Origin: Bacillota bacterium
Lineage (GTDB): Bacteria > Bacillota > Sulfobacillia > JAJYWN01 > JAJZPE01
Assembly: GCA_021787335.1 (NCBI GenBank)
Contig: JAJYMC010000062.1
Span: forward strand, 90,181 to 154,180
Length of the DNA: 64,000 nt
Direction: 5' to 3'
Position numbers and translations under genes: made by a program. Positions 57,175-64,000 of this stretch are shown in pieces; position 1 is the first letter of the stretch; every line of letters begins with the position of its first letter. The notes beneath the pieces were generated by a model. The model was given only the letters and a program-made list of their open reading frames with translations, was not told the DNA's origin and made no database searches.

Positions 57175-58443
57175 GTGGAGCTGCCCGACATGTACCGCAT
57201 CGCCCAGGTCTTCCCCCGTCCCCGGGAGGCCGGTCCGGCCGAGGCCGTCGTCCGCGAACTGAAGGCCCTCGGGCTTGACCGGGCCATCAAGCCGGGGGCG
57301 CGGGTCGCCATCACCGCCGGGAGCCGCGGCATCGCCGGCATCGCGCCCATGCTCCGGGCGGCGGCCGCCTTCGTCCGCGCCGCCGGGGCCGACCCCCACG
57401 TGGTCGCGGCCATGGGCAGCCATGGCGGCGGCACAGTCGACGGCCAGCTGGCCGTGCTCGAGAGCCTCGGCATCACCGAGGCGTCGGTCGGCGCGCCCAT
57501 CGTTGCCGGGACCGAGACGGTCTCCCTCGGCCGCTCGCCCAGCGGCCTCGACGTCCACTTCGACCGCTTCGCCGCCGGCTGCGACGGGATCATCGTCATC
57601 AACCGGGTCAAGTTCCACACGACCTTCACCGCCCCCAACGAGAGCGGGCTGCTCAAGATGCTCGTCGTCGGCCTTGGCAAGGAGAGGGGCGCGACCCAGT
57701 TCCACGGCCTCGGCCAGGGCGACCTGCCCGTCCTCCTGCCGGAGCTGGCCCGGGTCATCCTGGCCAAGATGCCCGTCCTGGGCGGCCTGGCCATCGTCGA
57801 GAATGCGTATGAAGAGACGGCCCTCGTGAGGGGCGTGCCCACGGCGACCATGGTCGAAGACGAGCAGGCCCTCCTGCGCCACGCCGCGGGGCTCTTGCCG
57901 CGCCTGCCCGTCGACGACATCGACCTCCTCATCGTCGACGAGATGGGCAAGGACTTCAGCGGCACCGGGCTGGACACCAAGGTCATCGGCCGGATGCGCC
58001 TCGACCGCGTCCCCGAGCCCGCGCGTCCGATGGTGAAGAAGATCGTCGTCCTCGACCTGTCCGAGGCCTCCCACGGCAACGCCAACGGCCTCAACCTGGC
58101 CGACGTCGTCACCCGGCGGCTGGCGGCCAGGGTCGATTACGCGGCCACCGCGGCCAACTGCACGGCGACGACCTTCCTCCAGCGGGCGGCCACCCCCCTG
58201 ACCATGGACACCGACCGTGAGGCCGTCGTCATGGCCTTCCGCGGCCTCGGCGCCCTGGACTGGCCGGCGGCCCGCGTCGTCAACATCCGGAACACGCTTC
58301 AGTTGGATGAAGTGGCGGTCTCCGCCGGCGTCCTCGAGACCCTCAGGCGGGAGGCCGCCGACCGCTTCCGGGTAGTGGCCGGCCCGGCCCCGCTAGCCTT
58401 CAACGATGACGGCAGCCTCAGAAGGTGGTGGCGGCCCAGATGA
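57175..58443 (+). CDS. LarA-like lactate-racemase-domain protein (second copy in window)
   Basis: 422 aa; MELPDMYRIAQVFPRP...ITAGSRGIAGIAPMLRA...; DUF2088/LarA N-domain architecture. GTG 57175 with AGGGGGGAAG RBS. Confidence 0.6.
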   Translation: MELPDMYRIAQVFPRPREAGPAEAVVRELKALGLDRAIKPGARVAITAGSRGIAGIAPMLRAAAAFVRAAGADPHVVAAMGSHGGGTVDGQLAVLESLGITEASVGAPIVAGTETVSLGRSPSGLDVHFDRFAAGCDGIIVINRVKFHTTFTAPNESGLLKMLVVGLGKERGATQFHGLGQGDLPVLLPELARVILAKMPVLGGLAIVENAYEETALVRGVPTATMVEDEQALLRHAAGLLPRLPVDDIDLLIVDEMGKDFSGTGLDTKVIGRMRLDRVPEPARPMVKKIVVLDLSEASHGNANGLNLADVVTRRLAARVDYAATAANCTATTFLQRAATPLTMDTDREAVVMAFRGLGALDWPAARVVNIRNTLQLDEVAVSAGVLETLRREAADRFRVVAGPAPLAFNDDGSLRRWWRPR

Positions 58444-59927
58444 TGGCCAACCGGGAGCCGGCGGTCGACCGCGCCTTTCTCAAAGAGCTGACCCGCGTCG
58501 TCGGACCGGACCGCGTCCTGACCAAGCTCGAATCGCGCTACGCCTACGGCCTCGACGCCACCTACCACCAGGCCGCCCCGGACGTCGTGGTCAGGGTCCG
58601 TAAGGCCGACGAGGTCTCGCGGGTCCTGCGCCTGTGCCATCGCGAGGGTGTCCCGGTCACGCCGCGCGGCGCCGGGACGAGCTTCTCCGGTGGGCCCATC
58701 CCGCTGGCCGGTGGGGTCAGCCTGGCCCTGCAGGGGATGAACCGGGTCCTCGAGTTCAGCCCGGGCGACTCCCTGGCCGTCGTCGAGCCGGGCGTGGTCA
58801 CCGGCGACCTGCAGCGACTGGTCGAGGCGGAGGGCTGGTACTACCCGCCCGATCCGCAGAGCGCGGACTTCTGCACCATCGGCGGCAACATCGCCGAGAA
58901 CGCCTCGGGCCCGCACGGGGTCAAGTACGGCTCGACCCGCGACTACCTCCTGGGCCTCGAGGTCGTCCTGCCTGACGGCGAGGTCATCACCGTCGGCGGC
59001 CGGACCATCAAGAACGTCACCGGCTTCGACCTGACCCGCCTGTTCTGCTCGTCCGAGGGGATGCTCGGCGTGGTCACCAAGGCCACCGTCAAGCTCATCC
59101 CCAGGCCCGAGAGCAAGGTCGTCCTCCTGGCCTTCTTCAAGGACTGGGCCCAGGGTGGCCGGGCCGTGGCCGACATCTTCGCCGCCGGCATCCTGCCGAC
59201 GACCCTCGAGATCATGGACGACGTCTCCATCCGCACCGTCGAGGAGTACGGCCACTTCGGCCTGAGGCTGGACGCCGGGGCGATGCTCCTCATCGAGGTC
59301 GACGGCTTCATTGAGACCATGGACCGCCAGGGCCGGGCCGTCTCGGCCATCTGCGAAAAGGCCGGGGCCATGGAGGTCCGCGTCGCCCACGACCCGGCCC
59401 GACAGGCCGAGCTGTGGAAGGCCCGCAAGGTCCTCTCCCCGGCCACCTCCCGGCTCGCCCCGACCCGCGTCTCCGAGGATGTCACCGTCCCGCGGTCGCG
59501 CCTTCCCGAGCTGGTCGTGCGGCTCAAGGAGGTGGGGAAGGAGGTCGGGCTGCCGATCATCGTCTTCGGCCACGCCGGCGACGGCAACCTGCACCCCGGC
59601 ATCCTCACCGACGAGCGCGACCCGGACAAATGGGCCCGCGCCGAGCGCGCCGTCGAACTGTGCTTCAAGCACACCATCGAACTGGGCGGGACCCTCTCCG
59701 GTGAGCACGGCGTGGGCTTCATGAAGTCGCCGTTCCTGCCCCTCGAATACGGCGAACGGGCGATCAGGCTGATGAAGGATCTCAAGGGCGCGGTCGACCC
59801 GAAGGGCATCCTCAACCCCGGCAAGATGTTCCCCGACCCGCGCAACCCCTTGCGGGCGGGCGGCCCGGCTGCAGGGGCGGCGGTCGGTCAGCCTGGCCCG
59901 GCGGGCGGTGAGCGCCATGGACCCTGA
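58440..59927 (+). CDS. FAD-linked oxidase (GlcD/D-lactate dehydrogenase family)
   Basis: FAD-binding PCMH domain (GAGTSFSGGPIPLAGGVSLAL), C-terminal HAGDGNLHP motif typical of GlcD/Dld. ATG overlaps the upstream stop (ATGATG). Confidence 0.8.
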   Translation: MMANREPAVDRAFLKELTRVVGPDRVLTKLESRYAYGLDATYHQAAPDVVVRVRKADEVSRVLRLCHREGVPVTPRGAGTSFSGGPIPLAGGVSLALQGMNRVLEFSPGDSLAVVEPGVVTGDLQRLVEAEGWYYPPDPQSADFCTIGGNIAENASGPHGVKYGSTRDYLLGLEVVLPDGEVITVGGRTIKNVTGFDLTRLFCSSEGMLGVVTKATVKLIPRPESKVVLLAFFKDWAQGGRAVADIFAAGILPTTLEIMDDVSIRTVEEYGHFGLRLDAGAMLLIEVDGFIETMDRQGRAVSAICEKAGAMEVRVAHDPARQAELWKARKVLSPATSRLAPTRVSEDVTVPRSRLPELVVRLKEVGKEVGLPIIVFGHAGDGNLHPGILTDERDPDKWARAERAVELCFKHTIELGGTLSGEHGVGFMKSPFLPLEYGERAIRLMKDLKGAVDPKGILNPGKMFPDPRNPLRAGGPAAGAAVGQPGPAGGERHGP

Positions 59928-61284
59928 GGAACTCGAGCGGCGGCTCATCGACTGCACCCGTTGCGGCACGTGCCTCAAGGACTGCCCCGTCTACCACGAG
60001 ACCCTCGACGAGCAGTACACGGCCAGGGCCCGCGTGAACCTGGCCAAGGCGGTCTACTACCACGGCCGCTTTGAGCTGGGCGAGGGGCTGCGCGACATCG
60101 CCGAGGCCTGCCTCCTCTGCCGGGCCTGTCTGGAGGCCTGCCCGAACAAGGTCGACGGGCCGGTCTTCGCGCGGCTCCTCCGTGAGCGCGTGGTCGAGCG
60201 GTTCGGGGAAACGGCCATGCGCCGTGCGGCGTTCCGCGGAGTCCTGCCCGAACCCGGGCGCGTCGGATGGGCCGCCGTCGCCGTCCGGGCCGCCCAGCGG
60301 ACCGGTCTGGATCGGTTCGTCGGGGCCATTGTCACTGGATCTCTTGCCACTGGGTCTCTTGCCGCTGGGGCCCTCGGCGCGCTGCCACGCCTGCCGGCGA
60401 GGCCGCTGACCCGGATCCACCGGCCGGGGAGCGTCCTGCCTCCGGCGGACCGGGACGGGACGGACGGTCCCGCGAGCAACCACCGTCCCAAGGCCCGCCT
60501 GGCCTATTTCCATGGCTGCCTGAACGACCGTGTCTTCCCCCAGACGGGGCTGGCCGTCATCGACGTCCTCCGGCGAAACGGCTACGAGGTCGTCGTTCCG
60601 CCTCAGAACTGCTGCGGCCTACCGGCCTCGGCGGGCGGCGACCTCGCAGCGGCCAGGGGCATGGCCCAGGCCAACGTGGAGGCCCTCGGCCGAGCGGTCG
60701 CGGATTGGCTCATCACCGACTGCGCCTCGTGCGGGTCGGCCCTCAGGGAGTACGGCGACCTGCTCGGCACCGATGAGGCCCGGGCCATCTCGGCCAAGGC
60801 CCGCGACATCAACGAATTCCTGGTGACGGAAGGGTTCGATCGGGAGGGCCTTGGCGAGGTGGCTCTGACCGTGACCTACCACGACCCCTGCCACCTGAAG
60901 CGCTATCAGGACATTCCCGCCCAGCCGCAGGCCCTCCTGGCCGCCATCCCCGGGCTCGTCTTCAAGGAGATGCGCGACGCCGCCGTCTGCTGCGGGGCCG
61001 CGGGGTCCTTCGTCCTGACCCACCCCGACCTGGCCGGGCGCATCGGGGCCAGGAAGGCCGCGAACGCATTGGCCACGGGCGCCGACGCCGTCGCCACCGC
61101 CTGCCCGAGCTGCCGGATGCAGCTCGAGCGGGTCACCGTCAGGGCCGGCCGCGGCCTCCCCGCGCCGCACCCGGTCGAACTGCTGGCCCGGTCGTACGCC
61201 GCCGGCGACGCGTGCCGCCGCGAGCGGACGCCGGTGGACCCGGCCCGCGCCTGCCAGGCCCGAACCAAAGCCTCAGCGGGATAG
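59917..61284 (+). CDS. (Fe-S)-binding protein with two 4Fe-4S ferredoxin motifs and two CCG domains (GlcF/LutA-like)
   Basis: CTRCGTCLKDCP and CLLCRACLEACP; C-terminal CCG motifs (PQNCCGLPA..., AAVCCGAAGSF). Start overlaps the glcD-like stop. Confidence 0.75.
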   Translation: MDPEELERRLIDCTRCGTCLKDCPVYHETLDEQYTARARVNLAKAVYYHGRFELGEGLRDIAEACLLCRACLEACPNKVDGPVFARLLRERVVERFGETAMRRAAFRGVLPEPGRVGWAAVAVRAAQRTGLDRFVGAIVTGSLATGSLAAGALGALPRLPARPLTRIHRPGSVLPPADRDGTDGPASNHRPKARLAYFHGCLNDRVFPQTGLAVIDVLRRNGYEVVVPPQNCCGLPASAGGDLAAARGMAQANVEALGRAVADWLITDCASCGSALREYGDLLGTDEARAISAKARDINEFLVTEGFDREGLGEVALTVTYHDPCHLKRYQDIPAQPQALLAAIPGLVFKEMRDAAVCCGAAGSFVLTHPDLAGRIGARKAANALATGADAVATACPSCRMQLERVTVRAGRGLPAPHPVELLARSYAAGDACRRERTPVDPARACQARTKASAG

Positions 61285-61330
61285 ATTCCCCGTTACGAAG
61301 GAGACCGACATGGCCGACAAGGTGACGACT

Positions 61331-61365
61331 CCGCCCGCTGAAGCGGGGCGGCTTCTCGGTTCATC
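61331..61365 (+). terminator. Weak intrinsic terminator after glcF-like gene
   Basis: ccgcccgc-tgaa-gcgg(g)gcgg, then cttctcggttcat. Confidence 0.35.
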
Positions 61366-61647
61366 TACGACGCCCCAGCCCCTTCGTATCCCCGAAGGCT
61401 CCGTCCGAGCCCGATGTGTTTTATGCCAGGCTGCTGTCCTACGGAGGATGTTGGTGCACTATGTCGCCGCCTTTCTAGAACTCTGACTGCTTCGTTCGCG
61501 ACGGAACCAACCGCATTCCCGGCGTGATCCATATCCACCGGCTCTCATTATACCCGAACACGCGTTCGATGTCAAGCACTGGCAAAGGAGGGAAGGGGCG
61601 CATTCCTCTGCCGCCTGAAGGCGGAGTCACCTGCGCCCGGATTTAAG

Positions 61648-62211
61648 ATGGAACTGCGACTCTCGGGCACCGGCGGACAGGGCCTGATCCTGGCCGGAGT
61701 CATCCTGGCCGAGGCGGCCGGGATCTATGAGGGCAAGCGGGTCGTCCAGACCCAGTCATACGGGCCCGAGGCCCAGGGCGGCGCTTCCCGCTCGGACGTC
61801 ATCATCAGCGCCGACGAGATCCTCCACACCGAGGTCGAGCGGCCCGATGTCCTCCTGTGCCTGTCGCAGGAGGCCTGCGCCAAGTACGCCAAGGACCTGA
61901 AGCCCGGCGGGACCCTGATCATCGACCCGCTCTTCGTCCGCGACCATTCGGCCGCCGGCGGGGCCAGGGTCGTCGCCGTCGAGGCCACCCGCATCGCCAC
62001 GGAACTAGGGCGGAAGCTGGTCGCCAACGTCGTCGCCCTGGGCGCCCTGTGCGGCACGACGAACGTGGTCGACTTCGCCACGCTGAAGACGGCCGTCCTG
62101 GCCCGCGCCCCGAAAGGCACCGAGGAACTCAACCGCAAGGCCCTTGAGGCGGGCTATGAGGCCGTTAGGACCAAGGCCGCTGCCGCCCCGGCCGCCGATT
62201 CCCGGAGGTGA
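61648..62211 (+). CDS. 2-oxoacid:ferredoxin oxidoreductase gamma subunit (POR/VOR/KOR-type)
   Basis: MELRLSGTGGQGLILAGVILAEAA... is the typical gamma subunit N-terminus. Confidence 0.8.
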   Translation: MELRLSGTGGQGLILAGVILAEAAGIYEGKRVVQTQSYGPEAQGGASRSDVIISADEILHTEVERPDVLLCLSQEACAKYAKDLKPGGTLIIDPLFVRDHSAAGGARVVAVEATRIATELGRKLVANVVALGALCGTTNVVDFATLKTAVLARAPKGTEELNRKALEAGYEAVRTKAAAAPAADSRR

Positions 62212-62435
62212 CCGTCAACCACATGGCCAAGCGAGGCATCATCACCATCGACCAACGCCTGTGCAAGTCCTGCGGCATCTGCATCGAGTTCTGCCCGCGG
62301 AAGGTCCTGGCGGCCGAGGAGCCGTTGATGAAGGCCGTCGTGGCGCGGCCTGAGGACTGCACCGCCTGCCTGCTCTGCGAGCTGTACTGCCCCGACTGGG
62401 CGATCAACGTCGAAGAGGCGGGTGACGTCCGATGA
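62208..62435 (+). CDS. 2-oxoacid:ferredoxin oxidoreductase delta subunit (2x[4Fe-4S] ferredoxin)
   Basis: CKSCGICIEFCP and CTACLLCELYCP. Confidence 0.8.
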   Translation: MTVNHMAKRGIITIDQRLCKSCGICIEFCPRKVLAAEEPLMKAVVARPEDCTACLLCELYCPDWAINVEEAGDVR

Positions 62436-63562
62436 CCAAGGTCCTTATGCAGGGCAACGAGGCCATCGCCGAGGGGGCCATCCGGGCCGGCGTCCGCTTC
62501 TTCGCCGGCTATCCCATCACGCCGGCCACGGAGATCGCCGAGCGCATGGCCTCGAGGCTGCCGGAGGTCGACGGAACCTTCATCCAGATGGAGGACGAGA
62601 TCGCCTCGGTGACCACCTGCGTCGGCGCCTCGCTGGCCGGGGTCAAGGCGATGACGGCCAGCTCCGGCCCGGGCATCTCGCTGAAGCAGGAGAACATCGG
62701 GATGGCCGCCATGCACGAGTGCCCGCTGGTCGTCGTCGACGTCATGCGCGTCGGCCCGGCCACCGGCATGGCCACCCTGCCTGCCCAGCAGGACATCCAG
62801 CAGGCCCGCTGGGGCTCGCACGGTGACCGCGGGGTCATCGCCCTGTGCCCGTCGAGCGTGGCCGAGTGCTATGACCTGACCATCAAGGCGGTCAACCTCT
62901 CGGAGAAATACCGCCTGCCGGTGATGCTCCTGACCGACGCGGAGGTCGGGCACATGCGCGAGGCCATCGCCATCCCCGAGCGCGTCGAAGTGGTCGAGCG
63001 GCGTCGGCCGGACGTCCCGCCGGGCGACCCGAGCTTCCAGCCCTACGCGGCCAAGCCGGACGGCGTCCCGCCGATGGCCGACTTCGGGGCCGGCTACCTT
63101 TGGCATGCCGAGGCCAGCACCCACAACGTCCGCAGCGACCTGGCCTCGACCGACCACAAGTCGGCCGACTTCCTCCACCGGCGGCTCATCGACAAGGTCG
63201 AGAAGCATGTCCGGGAGATGACCTTCTATTCCACCCGGAGACTCGACGACGCCGAGGTGGCCGTCGTCTCCTACGGGGTCTCGGCCCGCGGCTCGGCCGG
63301 CGCGGTCGAGCTGGCCCGGGCTCAGGGCCTGAAGGCCGGCCTCCTGAACCTTAACACCATCTGGCCCTTCCCGGCCCACCTCATCGAGGACCTCGCCGGA
63401 CGGGTCAGGGCCATCCTCGTCGCCGAACTCAACGCCGGGCAGCTCGTCCGCGAGGTCAGGCTGGCCGCCAACGGTCGCGTGCCGGTCCACCACGTCGGGC
63501 GGTTCGACGGGCTCATCCTGACGCCCACTGAGGTCCTCGCCCGCCTCCGGGAGGTGCTCTAG
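62432..63562 (+). CDS. 2-oxoacid:ferredoxin oxidoreductase alpha subunit
   Basis: MTKVLMQGNEAIAEGAIRAGVRFFAGYPITPATEI.... Confidence 0.85.
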   Translation: MTKVLMQGNEAIAEGAIRAGVRFFAGYPITPATEIAERMASRLPEVDGTFIQMEDEIASVTTCVGASLAGVKAMTASSGPGISLKQENIGMAAMHECPLVVVDVMRVGPATGMATLPAQQDIQQARWGSHGDRGVIALCPSSVAECYDLTIKAVNLSEKYRLPVMLLTDAEVGHMREAIAIPERVEVVERRRPDVPPGDPSFQPYAAKPDGVPPMADFGAGYLWHAEASTHNVRSDLASTDHKSADFLHRRLIDKVEKHVREMTFYSTRRLDDAEVAVVSYGVSARGSAGAVELARAQGLKAGLLNLNTIWPFPAHLIEDLAGRVRAILVAELNAGQLVREVRLAANGRVPVHHVGRFDGLILTPTEVLARLREVL

Positions 63563-64000
63563 ATGCCGGTCCACGTCCTCCACGCCAATGAGTTGAAGGA
63601 GAAGTACGTCCTCACGCGAAACCTCCCCACCATCTGGTGCGCCGGTTGCGGCATCGGGACCGTCCTGGGCGCGGCCGTGCGGGCCATCGACGGCCTGGGC
63701 CTCGACAAGAAGGACGTCGTCTTCACCATCGGCATCGGCTGCAGCGGCTACTCCAGTCGCTACGTCAATTTCGACGCCGCCCACACCACCCACGGCCGGG
63801 CTCTGACCACGGCCACCGGCCTCAAGCTGGCCAACCCCAAGCTGACGGTGATCACCCTGACCGGCGACGGCGACTGCGTCGGGATCGGCGGCAACCACTT
63901 CATCCACGCCGCCCGCCGGAACATCGACGTCACCGCCATCCTCTTCAACAACAGCATCTATGGGATGACCGGCGGGCAGTACTCGCCGGCCACGCCGACC
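63563..64000 (+). CDS. 2-oxoacid:ferredoxin oxidoreductase beta subunit (TPP-binding), 5' part; continues beyond window
   Basis: ATG 63563; ...WCAGCGIGTVL...GIGCSGY...TGDGDCVGIGGNH (TPP-binding motif); no stop before the window end. Confidence 0.8.
   Translation, partial: MPVHVLHANELKEKYVLTRNLPTIWCAGCGIGTVLGAAVRAIDGLGLDKKDVVFTIGIGCSGYSSRYVNFDAAHTTHGRALTTATGLKLANPKLTVITLTGDGDCVGIGGNHFIHAARRNIDVTAILFNNSIYGMTGGQYSPATPT

Overview
This 64 kb window is about 70% GC and is coding-dense on both strands. I support roughly 60 protein-coding genes; there are no rRNA, tRNA, CRISPR, integrase or transposase genes. Many ORFs in the six-frame track are spurious antisense reading frames typical of high-GC DNA and were discarded. 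An SLH-domain surface protein, ECF/ABC transporters, lipoprotein lipoboxes and strong AAGGAG-type RBSs suggest a high-GC monoderm-type bacterium (Symbiobacterium/Limnochordia/Thermaerobacter-like); this is inference only. Recognisable content: an Lhr superfamily-2 helicase translationally coupled to a HicB-like/DinB-like fusion gene; two LarA-family (lactate-racemase-like) genes, one in a GntR(LldR-like)-larA-glcD-glcF lactate module; a pseudouridine kinase/glycosidase pair (psuK/psuG); and a gamma-delta-alpha-beta 2-oxoacid:ferredoxin oxidoreductase operon that runs off the right edge. Also present: a solitary Eco57I/TaqI-type N6-adenine methyltransferase, an S8 peptidase, an NlpC/P60 peptidase next to two Opp-type ATPases, an SLH protein, a FliD-like gene, several GNAT acetyltransferases and transporters. 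Two candidate riboswitches were found by eye: a THF riboswitch with a clean sigma-70-like promoter in front of an ECF folate S-component, and a ydaO/kimA-type c-di-AMP riboswitch in the long leader of a 3D-domain peptidoglycan-binding protein gene. Other observations: an AT-rich (~50% GC) islet next to an imperfect ~45 bp duplication of the psuG 3' end, a frameshifted EamA transporter, several in-frame tandem repeats, and a G5-tract repeat at the mazG-like stop codon. No complete canonical defence or mobile system is evident. The most unusual features are the orphan methyltransferase, the Lhr-HicB/DinB operon and the riboswitch-controlled cell-wall gene.
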